A stretch of DNA of 64,000 nt from Macrostomum hystrix. Lineage: Eukaryota; Animalia; Platyhelminthes. The first letter of the stretch is position 1, and the number at the start of each line of letters is the position of its first letter. A program made the translations under genes and the position numbers. Of this stretch, positions 31,501 to 43,500 are shown one piece after another. The notes under the pieces are model-generated. The model was not told where the DNA came from, did not search any database, and saw only the letters and a list, made by a program, of their open reading frames with translations. The stretch is from contig CATNEN010000030.1 in assembly GCA_950097015.1 (NCBI GenBank), positions 4,774,001-4,838,000 of the forward strand, given 5' to 3'.

Positions 31501-34500
31501 TAGCTTCTTGCTTGACAATGAAGAGTTTTAAGAACAATTAGAGCACCTTTTACGCGCTGAAGAACAGCTTGGCGCGTGCTGCTTGCAAGGAGTGCGTTTC
31601 GCTACTAATTCAGCACAGAGTATTGGCGCTGATGGCAATTTGCTAGAGTTAAAAAAGCCTTCACGTTTTCCAACACTCACAATGTGCAGTGCAGGGTGCA
31701 GTGTAGATGGCAATGCAGGAAAAACATCGAAGTGTGCGCTGTATATAAGTTCCAGCTAGCTTTTCTCATGAATCGTAGTTACTTGCTACATAAGCACTTG
31801 AAGCTGGCTTTCACAGGTCTAGCTTCTTGCTTGACAATGAAGAGTTTTAAGAACAATTAAAGCACCTTTTACGCGCTGAAGAACAGCTTGGCGCGTGCAG
31901 CTTGCAAGGAGTGCGTTCCGCTACTAATTCAGCACAGAGTATTGGCGCTGATGGAAATTGGCTGGATTGAAAAATGTGTTTAATATTACCAGCACTCAAA
32001 GTGTGCAGGAAGATGGCAATGCAGGGCTGACATCGAGCTTGCGCTATATATAAGTTCCAGCTAGCTTTTCTCATGAATCGTAGTTTGCTGCTTTATTAGC
32101 ACTTAATGCAGGCTTTCACAGGTCTAGCTTCTTGCTTGACAATGAAGAGTTTTAAGAACAATTAGAGCACCTTTTACGCGCTGAAGAACAGCTTGGCGCG
32201 TGCAGCTTGCAAGGAGTGCGTTCCGCTACTAATTCAGCACAGAGTATTGCCCTGATGGCAATTTGCTGGATTGAAAAATGTGTTTAATATTACCAGCACT
32301 CACAGTGTGCAGGAAGATGGCAATGCAGGGCTGACATCGAGCTTGCGCTATATATAAGTTCCAGCTAGCTTTTCTCATGAATCGTAGTTTGCTGCTTTAT
32401 TAGCACTTAATACAGGCTTTCACAGGTCTAGCTTCTTGCTTGACAATGAAGAGTTTTAAGAACAATTAAAGCACCTTTTACGCGCTGAAGAACAGCTTGG
32501 CGCGTGCTGCTTGCAAAGACTGCGTTACGCTGCTAATTCAGCACAGAGTATTGGCGCTGATGGCAATTTGCTGGATTGAAAAATGTGTTTAATATTACCA
32601 GCACTCACAGTGTGCAGGAAGATGGCAATGCAGGGCTGACATCGAGCTTGCGCTATATATAAGTTCCAGCTAGCTTTTCTCATGAATCGTAGTTTGCTGC
32701 TTTATTAGCACTTAATGCAGGCTTTCACAGGTCTAGCTTCTTGCTTGACAATGAAGAGTTTTAAGAACAATTAGAGCACCTTTTACGCGCTGAAGAACAG
32801 CTTGGCGCGTGCAGCTTGCAAGGAGTGCGTTCCGCTACTAATTCAGCACAGAGTATTGCCCTGATGGCAATTTGCTGGATTGAAAAATGTGTTTAATATT
32901 ACCAGCACTCACAGTGTGCAGGAAGATGGCAATGCAGGGCTGACATCGAGCTTGCGCTATATATAAGTTCCAGCTAGCTTTTCTCATGAATCGTAGTTTG
33001 CTGCTTTATTAGCACTTAATGCAGGCTTTCACAGGTCTAGCTTCTTGCTTGACAATGAAGAGTTTTAAGAACAATTAGAGCACCTTTTACGCGCTGAAGA
33101 ACAGCTTGGCGCGTGCTGCTTGCAAGGAGTGCGTTTCGCTACTAATTCAGCACAGAGTATTGGCGCCTGATGGCAATTTGCTAGATTTAAAAAAGCCTTC
33201 ACGTTTTCCAACACTCACAGTGTGCAGTGCAGGGTGCAGTGTAGATGGCAATGCAGGAAAAACATCGAAGTGTGCGCTGTATATAAGTTCCAGCTAGCTT
33301 TTCTCATGAATCGTAGTTACTTGCTACATAAGCACTTGAAGCTGGCTTTCACAGGTCTAGCTTCTTGCTTGACAATGAAGAGTTTTAAGAACAATTAAAG
33401 CACCTTTTACGCGCTGAAGAACAGCTTGGCGCGTGCTGCTTGCAAAGAGTGCGTTACGCTGCTAATTCAGCACAGAGTATTGGCGCTGATGGCAATTTGC
33501 TGGATTGAAAAATGTGTTTAACATTACCAGCACTCACAGTGTGCAGGAAGATGGCAATGCAGGGCTGACATCGAGCTTGCGCTATATATAAGTTCCAGCT
33601 AGCTTTTCTCATGAATCGTAGTTTGCTGCTTTATTAGCACTTAATACAGGCTTTTACAGGTCTAGCTTCCTGCTTGACAATGAAGAGTTTTAAGAACAAT
33701 TAAAGCACCTTTTACGCGCTCGAGAACTGCTTGGGGCGTACTGCTTGCAAGGAGTGCATTACGCTGCTAATTCAGCACAGAGTATTGGCGCTGATGGAAA
33801 TTTGGTGGATTGAAAAATGTGTTTAACACTTCCAGCACTCACAGTGTGCAGGAAGATGGCAATGCAGGGCTGACATCGAGCTTGCGCTATATATAAGTTC
33901 CAGCTAGCTTTTCTCATGAATCGTAGTTTGCTGCTTTATTAGCACTTAATACAGGCTTTTACAGGTCTAGCTTCTTGCTTGACAATGAAGAGTTTTAAGA
34001 ACAATTAAAGCACCTTTTACGCGCTCGAGAACTGCTTGGGGCGTGCTGCTTGCAAGGAGTGCATTACGCTGCTAATTCAGCACAGAGTATTGGCGCTGAT
34101 GGAAATTTGGTGGATTGAAAAATGTGTTTAACACTTCCAGCACTCACAGTGTGCAGGAAGATGGCAATGCAGGGCTGACATCGAGCTTGCGCTATATATA
34201 AGTTCCAGCTAGCTTTTCTCATGAATCGTAGTTTGCTGCTTTATTAGCACTTAATACAGGCTTTTACAGGTCTAGCTTCTTGCTTGACAATGAAGAGTTT
34301 TAAGAACAATTAAAGCACCTTTTACGCGCTCGAGAACTGCTTGGGGCGTGCTGCTTGCAAGGAGTGCATTACGCTGCTAATTCAGCACAGAGTATTGGCG
34401 CTGATGGCAATTTGCTGGATTGAAAAATGTGTTTAACATTACCAGCACTCACCGTGTTGAGGAAGATGGCAATGCAGGGCCGACATCGAGTTTGCGCTAT

Positions 34501-37500
34501 ATATAAGTTCCAACTAGCTTTTCTCATGAATCGTAGAATGCTGCTTAATCAGCACGTGATACAGGCTTTTACAGCTCTGGCTGCGTGCTTAATTATAAAA
34601 AGTTTTTAGAACAGTTAAAGCACCTTGTATGCACTCAAGCTTTGCGAGTGCTGCTTGCAAAGAGTGCGTTGCACTGCAATTTCAGCACAGAATATTGGCG
34701 CTTAGGGCAAATTGCTGGATTGAAAAATGCGTTCACGTTAACCAACACTCACAGTGTGCAGGAAGATGGCAATGTAGGAAAGACATTTAAGTGGCGCTTT
34801 GTATAAGTTCAAGCTAGCTTTTCTCATGAATCGTAGTATGTTGCTAAATAAGCACTTGACACAGGCCTTCACAGGTCTAGCTTCTTGCTTAAGAATGAAG
34901 AGTTGTAAGAACAATTAAAGCACCTTTTACGCGCTGAAGAACAGCTTGGCGCGTGCTGCTTGCAAGGAGTGCGTTACGCTGCTAATTCAGCACAGAGTAT
35001 TGGCGCTAATGGCAATTTGGTGGATTGAAAAATGTGTTTAACATTTCCAGCACTCACAGTGTGCAGGAAGATGGCAATGCAGGGCCGACATCGTGCTTGC
35101 GCTATATATAAGTTCCAGCTTGCTTTTCTCATGAATCGTAGTTTGCTGCTTTATTAGCACTTAATGCAGGCTTTCACAGGTCTAGCTTCTTGCTTGACAA
35201 TGAAGAGTTTTAAGAACAATTAAAGCACCTTTTACGCGCTGAAGAACAGCTTGGCGCGTGCTGCTTGCAAGGAGTGCATTACGCTGCTAATTCAGCACAG
35301 AGTATTGGCGCTGATGGAAATTTGCTGGATTGAAAAATGTGTTTAACATTACCAGCACTCACAGTTTTCATGAAGATGGCAATGCAGGGCTGACATCGAG
35401 CTTGCGCAATAAATTAGTTCCAGCTAGCTTTTCTCATAAATCGTAGTTTGCTGCTTTATTAGCACTTAATACAGGCTTTCACAGGTCTAGCTTCTTGCTT
35501 GACAATGAAGAGTTTTAAGAACAATTAAAGCACCTTTTACGCGTTGAAGAACAGCTTGGCGCGTGCTGCTTGCAAGGAGTGCATTACGCTGCTAATTCAG
35601 CACAGAGTATTGGCGCTGATGGAAATTTGCTGGATTGAAAATGTGTTTAACATTTCCAGCACTCACAGTGTGCAGGAAGATGGCAATGCAGGGCCGACAT
35701 CGAGCTTGCGCTATATATAAGTTCCAGCTTGCTTTTCTTATGAATCGTAGTTTGCTGCTTTATTAGCACTTAATGCAGGCTTTCAGAGGTCTAGCTTATT
35801 GCTTGACAATGAAGAGTTTAAAGAACAATTGAAGCACATTTTACGCGCTCAAGAACAGCTTGGCGCGTGCTGCTTGCAAGGAGTGCATTACGCTGCTAAT
35901 TCAGCACAGAGTATTGGCGCTGATGGCAATTTGCTGGATTGAAAAATGTGTTTAACATTACCAGCACTCACAGTTTTCATGAAGATGGCAATGCAGGACT
36001 GACATCGAGCTTGCGCTACATATAAGTTCCAGCTAGCTTTTCTCATGAATCGTAGTTTGCTGCTTTATTTGGCACTTAATACAGGCTTTCACAGGTCTAG
36101 CTTCTTGCTTGACAATGAAGAGTTTTAAGAACAATTAAAGCACCTTTTACGCGCTGAAGAACAGCTTGGCGCGTGCTGCTTGCAAGGAGTGCGTTACGCT
36201 GCTAATTCAGCACAGAGTATTGGCGCTAATGGCAATTTGCTGGATTGAAAAATGTGTTTAACATTACCAGCACTCACAGTGTTCAGGAAGATGGCAATGC
36301 AGGGCTGACATCGAGCTTGCGCTATATATAAGTTCCAGCTAGCTTTTCTCATGAATCGTAGTTTGCTGCTTTATTAGCACTTAATACAGGCTTTCACAGG
36401 TCTAGCTTCTTGCTTGACAATGAAGAGTTTTAAGAACAATTAGAGCACCTTTTACGCGCTGAAGAACAGCTTGGCGCGTGCTGCTTGCAAGGAGTGCGTT
36501 TCGCTACTAATTCAGCACAGAGTATTGGCGCTGATGGCAATTTGCTGGATTGAAAAATAAGTTTAACATTACCAGCACTCACAGTGTGCAGGAAGTTTGC
36601 AATGCAGGGCCGACATCGAGTTTGCTGCTTTATTAGCACTTAAAACAGGCTTTCACAGGTCTAGCTTCTTGCTTGACAATGAAGAGTTTTAAGAACAATT
36701 AAAGCACCTTTTACGCGTTGAAGAACAGCTTGGCGCGTGCTGCTTGCAAGGAGTGCATTACGCTGCTAATTCAGCACAGAGTATTGGCGCTGATGGCAAT
36801 TCGCTGGATTGAAAAATGTGTTTAATATTACCAGCACTCACAGTGTGCAGGAAGATGGCAATGCAGGGCTGACATCGAGCTTGCGCTATATATAAGTTCC
36901 AGCTAGCTTTTCTCATGAATCGTAGTTAATTGCTAAATAAGCACTTGAAACAGGCTTTCACAGGTCTAGCTACTTTCTTGACAATGAACAGTTTGAAGAA
37001 CAATTAAAGCACCTTTTACGCGCTGAAGAACAGCTTAGCGCGTGCTGCATGCAAGGAGTGCGTTTCGCTACTAATTCAGCACAGAGTATTGGCGCTGATG
37101 GCAATTTGCAAGATTTAAAAAGGCCTTCACGTTTACCAACAGTCACAGTGTGCAGTGCAGGGTGCAGTGCAGATGTCAATGCAGGAAAAACATCGAAGTG
37201 TGCGCTGTATATAAGTTCCAGCTAGCTTTTCTCATGAATCATAGTTACTTGCTACATAAGCACTTGAAACAGGCTTTCACAGGTCTAGCTTCTTGCTTGA
37301 CAATGAAGAGTTTTAAGAACAATTAAAGCACCTTTTACGCGCTGAAGAACAGCTTGGCGCGTGCAGCTTGCAAGGAGTGCGTTCCGCTACTAATTCAGCA
37401 CAGAGTATTGGCGCTGATGGCAATTTGCTGGATTGAAAAATGTGTTTAATATTACCAGCACTCACAGTGTGCAGGAAGATGGCAATGCAGGGCTGACATC

Positions 37501-40500
37501 GAGCTTGCGCTATATATAAGTTCCAGCTAGCTTTTCTCATGAATCGTAGTTAATTGCTAAATAAGCACTTGAAACAGGCTTTCACAGGTCTAGCTACTTT
37601 CTTGACAATGAACAGTTTGAAGAACAATTAAAGCACCTTTTACGCGCTGAAGAACAGCTTAGCGCGTGCTGCATGCAAGGAGTGCGTTTCGCTACTAATT
37701 CAGCACAGAGTATTGGCGCTGATGGCAATTTGCAAGATTTAAAAAAGCCTTCACGTTTACCAACAGTCACAGTGTGCAGTGCAGGGTGCAGTGCAGATGT
37801 CAATGCAGGAAAAACATCGAAGTGTGCGCTGTATATAAGTTCCAGCTAGCTTTTCTCATGAATCGTAGTTACTTGCTACATAAGCACTTGAAACAGGCTT
37901 TCACAGGTCTAGCTTCTTGCTTGACAATGAAGAGTTTTAAGAACAATTAAAGCACCTTTTACGCGCTGAAGAACAGCTTGGCGCGTGCAGCTTGCAAGGA
38001 GTGCGTTCCGCTACTAATTCAGCACAGAGTATTGGCGCTGATGGAAATTGGCTGGATTGAAAAATGTGTTTAATATTACCAGCACTCACAGTGTGCAGGA
38101 AGATGGCAATGCAGGAAAAACATCGAAGTGTGCGCTGTTTATAAGTTCCAGCTAGCTTTTCTCATGAATCGTAGTTACTTGCTAAATAAGCACTTGAAAC
38201 AGGCTTTCATAGGTCTAGCTACTTTTTCTTGACAATGAAGATTTTGTAGAACAATTAAAGCACCTTTTACGCGCTGAAGAACAGCTTGGCGCGTGCTGCA
38301 TGCAAGGAGTGCGTTTCGCTACTAATTCAGCACAGAGTATTGGCGCTGATGGCAATTTGCTAGATTTAAAAAAGCCTTCACGTTTACCAACAGTCACAGT
38401 GTGCAGTGCAGGGTGCAGTGCAGATGTCAATGCAGGAAAAACATCGAAGTGTGCGCTGTATATAAGTTCCAGCTAGCTTTTCTCATGAATCATAGTTACT
38501 TGCTACATAAGCACTTGAAACAGGCTTTCACAAGTCTAGCTTCTTGCTTGACAATGAAGAGTTTTAAGAACAATTAAAGCACCTTTTACGCGCTGAAGAA
38601 CAGCTTGGCGCTTGCTGCTTGCTAAGAGTGCGTTACGCTGCTAATTCAGCACAGAGTATTGGCGCTGATGGCAATTTGCTGGATTGAAAAATGTGTTTAA
38701 TATTACCAGCACTCACAGTGTGCAGGAAGATGGCAATGCAGGAAAGACATCGAGCTTGCGCTATATATAAGTTCCAGCTAGCTTTTCTCATGAATCGTAG
38801 TTACTTCCTAAATAAGCACTTGAAACAGGCTTTCACAGGTCCAGCTACTTTCTTGACAATGAAGAGTTTGAAGAACAATTAAAGCACCTTTTACGCGCTG
38901 AAGAACAGCTTAGCGCGTGCTGCATGCAAGGAGTGCGTTTCGCTACTAATTCAGCACAGAGTATTGGCGCTGATGGCAATTTGCTAGATTTAAAAAAGCC
39001 TTCACGTTTACCAACAGTCACAGTGTGCAGTGCAGGGTGCAGTGCAGATGTCAATGCAGGAAAAACATCGAAGTGTGCGCTGTATATAAGTTCCAGCTAG
39101 CTTTTCTCATGAATCGTAGTTACTTGCTACATAAGCACTTGAAACAGGCTTTCACAGGTCTAGCTTCTTGCTTGACAATGAAGAGTTTTAAGAACAATTA
39201 AAGCACCTTTTACGCGCTGAAGAACAGCTTGGCGCGTGCAGCTTGCAAGGAGTGCGTTCCGCTACTAATTCAGCACAGAGTATTGGCGCTGATGGCAATT
39301 TGCTGGATTGAAAAATGTGTTTAATATTACCAGCACTCACAGTGTGCAGGAAGATGGCAATGCAGGGCTGACATCGAGCTTGCGCTATATATAAGTTCCA
39401 GCTAGCTTTTCTCATGAATCGTAGTTTGCTGCTTTATCAGCACTTAATGCAGGCTTTCACAGGTCTAGCTTCTTGCTTGACAATGAAGAGTTTTAAGAAC
39501 AATTAAAGCACCTTTTACGCGCTGAAGAACAGCTTGGCGCGTGCAGCTTGCAAGGAGTGCGTTCCGCTACTAATTCAGCACAGAGTATTGGCGCTGATGG
39601 AAATTGGCTGGATTGAAAAATGTGTTTAATATTACCAGCACTCACAGTGTGCAGGAAGATGGCAATGCAGGGCTGACATCGAGCTTGCGCTATATATAAG
39701 TTCCAGCTAGCTTTTCTCATGAATCGTAGTTTGCTGCTTTATCAGCACTTAATGCAGGCTTTCACAGGTCTAGCTTCTTGCTTGACAATGAACAGTTTAA
39801 AGAACAATTAAAGCACATTTTACGCGCTCAAGAACAGCATGGCGCGTGCTGCTTGCAAGGAGTGCGTTTCGCTACTAATTCAGCACAGAGTATTGGCGCT
39901 GATGGCAATTTGCTGGATTTAAAAAAGCCTTCACGTTTACCAACACTCACAGTGTGCAGTGCAGGGTGCAGTGCAGATGGTAATGCAGGGAAAACATCGA
40001 AGTGTGCGCTGTAAATAAGTTCCAGCTAGCTTTTCTCATGAATCGTAGTTACTTGCTACATAAGCACTTGAAGCTGGCTTTCACAGGTCTAGCTTCTTGC
40101 TTGACAATGAAGAGTTTTAAGAACAATTAAAGCACCTTTTACGCGCTGAAGAACAGCTTGGCGCGTGCAGCTTGCAAGGAGTGCGTTCCGCTACTAATTC
40201 AGCACAGAGTATTGGCGCTGATGAAAATTTGCTGGATTGAAAAATGTGTTTAATATTACCAGCACTCACAGTGTGCAGGAAGATGGCAATGCAGGGCTGA
40301 CATCGAGCTTGCGCTATATATAAGTTCCAGCTAGCTTTTCTCATGAATCGTAGTTTGCTGCTTTATTAGCACTTAATGCAGGCTTTCACAGGTCTAGTTT
40401 CTTGCTTGACAATGAAGAGTTTAAGAACAATTAAAGCACCTTTTACGCGCTGAAGAACAGCTTGGCGCGTGCAGCTTGCAAGGAGTGCGTTCCGCTACTA

Positions 40501-43500
40501 ATTCAGCACAGAGTATTGGCGCTGATGGCAATTTGCTGGATTGAAAAATGTGTTTAATATTACCAGCACTCACAGTGTGCAGGAAGATGGCAATGCAGGG
40601 CTGACATCGAGCTTGCGCTATATATAAGTTCCAGCTAGCTTTTCTCATGAATCGTACTCGTAGTTTGCTGCTTTATCAGCACTTAATGCAGGCTTTCACA
40701 GGTCTAGCTTCTTGCTTGACAATGAACAGTTTAAAGAACAATTAAAGCACATTTTACGCGCTCAAGAACAGCTTGGCGCGTGCTGCTTGCAAGGAGTGCG
40801 TTTCGCTACTAATTCAGCACAGAGTATTGGCGCTGATGGCAATTTGCTGGATTTAAAAAAGCCTTCACGTTTACCAACACTCACAGTGTGCAGTGCAGGG
40901 TGCAGTGCAGATGGTAATGCAGGGAAAACATCGAAGTGTGCGCTGTAAATAAGTTCCAGCAAGCTTTTCTCATGAATCGTAGTTACTTGCTACATAAGCA
41001 CTTGAAGCTGGCTTTCACAGGTCTAGCTTCTTGCTTGACAATGAAGAGTTTTAAGAACAATTAAAGCACCTTTTACGCGCTGAAGAACAGCTTGGCGCGT
41101 GCTGCTTGCAAAGAGTGTGTTACGCTGCTAATTCAGCAGAGTATTGGCGCTGATGGCCATTTGCTGGATTGAAAAATGTGTTGAACATTACCAGCACTCA
41201 CAGTGTGCAGGAAGATGACAATGCAGGGCTGACATCGAGCTTGCGCTATAAATTATTTCCAGCTAGCTTTTCTCATGAATCGTAGTTTGCTGCTTTATTA
41301 GCACTTAATGCAGGCTTTCACAGGTCTAGTTTCTTGCTTGACAATGAAGAGTTTTAAGAACAATTAAAGCACCTTTTACGCGCTGAAGAACAGCTTGGCG
41401 CGTGCAGCTTGCAAGGAGTGCGTTCCGCTACTAATTCAGCACAGAGTATTGGCGCTGATGGCAATTTGCTGGATTGAAAAATGTGTTTAATATTACCAGC
41501 ACTCACAGTGTGCAGGAAGATGGCAATGCAGGGCTGACATCGAGCTTGCGCTATATATAAGTTCCAGCTAGCTTTTCTCATGAATCGTAGTTTGCTGCTT
41601 TATTAGCACTTAATGCAGGCTTTCACAGGTCTAGCTTCTTGCTTGACAATGAAGAGTTTTAAGAACAATTAAAGCACCTTTTACGCGCTGAAGAACAGCT
41701 TGGCGCGTGCAGCTTGCAAGGAGTGCGTTCCGCTACTAATTCAGCACAGAGTATTGGCGCTGATGGCAATTTGCTGGATTGAAAAATGTGTTTAATATTA
41801 CCAGCACTCACAGTGTGCAGGAAGATGGCAATGCAGGGCTGACATCGAGCTTGCGCTATTTAGAAGTTCCAGCTAGCTTTTCTCATGAATCGTAGTTTGC
41901 TGCTTTATCAGCACTTAATGCAGGCTTTCACAGGTCTAGCTTCTTGCTTGACAATGAACAGTTTAAAGAACAATTAAAGCACATTTTACGCGCTCAAGAA
42001 CAGCTTGGCGCGTGCTGCTTGCAAGGAGTGCGTTTCGCTACTAATTCAGCACAGAGTATTGGCGCTGATGGCAATTTGCTGGATTTAAAAAAGCCTTCAC
42101 GTTTACCAACACTCACAGTGTGCAGTGCAGGGTGCAGTGCAGATGGTAATGCAGGGAAAACATCGAAGTGTGCGCTGTAAATAAGTTCCAGCAAGCTTTT
42201 CTCATGAATCGTAGTTACTTGCTACATAAGCACTTGAAGCTGGCTTTCACAGGTCTAGCTTCTTGCTTGACAATGAAGAGTTTTAAGAACAATTAAAGCA
42301 CCTTTTACGCGCTGAAGAACAGCTTGGCGCGTGCTGCTTGCAAAGAGTGTGTTACGCTGCTAATTCAGCAGAGTATTGGCGCTGATGGCCATTTGCTGGA
42401 TTGAAAAATGTGTTGAACATTACCAGCACTCACAGTGTGCAGGAAGATGACAATGCAGGGCTGACATCGAGCTTGCGCTATAAATTAGTTCCAGCTAGCT
42501 TTTCTCATGAATCGTAGTTTGCTGCTTTATTAGCACTTAATACAGGCTTTCACAGGTCTAGCTTCTTGCTTGACAATGAAGAGTTGTAAGAACAAATAAA
42601 GCACCTTTTACGCGCTCAAGAACAGCTTGGCGCGTTCTGCTTGCAGGGAGTGCGTTACGCTGCTAATTCAGCACAGAGTATTGGCGCTGATGGCAATTTG
42701 CTGGATTGAAAAATTTGTTCAAAATTACCAGCACTCACAGTGTGCAGGAAGATGGCAATGCAGGGCTGACATCGAGCTTGTGCTATATATAAGTTCCAGC
42801 TAGCTTTTCTCATGAATCGTAGTTTGCTGCTTTATTAGCACTTAATACAGGCTTTCACAGGTCTAGCTTCTTGCTTGACAATGAAGAGTTTGAAGAACAA
42901 TTAAAGCACCATTTACGCGCTGAAGAACAGCTTGGCGCGTGCAGCTTGCAAGGAGTGCATTACGCTGCTAATTAAGCACAGAGTATTGGCGCTGATGGAA
43001 ATTTGCTGGATTGAAAAATGTGTTTAACATTTCCAGCACTCACAGTGTGCAGGAAGATGGCAATGCAGGGCTGACATCGAGCTTGCGCTATATACGCTCG
43101 TATAAGTTCCAGCTTGCTTTTCTCATGAATCGTAGTTTGCTGCTTTATTAGCACTTAATGCAGGCCTTCACAGGTCTAGCTTCTTGCTTGACAATGAAGA
43201 GTTTAAAGAACAATTAAAGCACCTTTTACGCGCTGAAGAACAGCTTGGCGCGTGCTGCTTGCAAGGAGTGCATTACGCTGCTAATTCAGCACGGAGTATT
43301 GGCGCTGATGGAAATTTGCTGGATTGAAAAATGTGTTTCACATTTCCAGCACTCACAGTGTGCAGGAAGATGGCAATGCAGGGCTAACATCGAGCTTGCG
43401 CTATATATAAGTTCCAGCTAGCTTTTCTCATGAATCGTAGTTTGCTGCTTTATTAGCACTTAATACAGGCTTTCACAGGTCTAGCTTCTTGCTTGACAAT

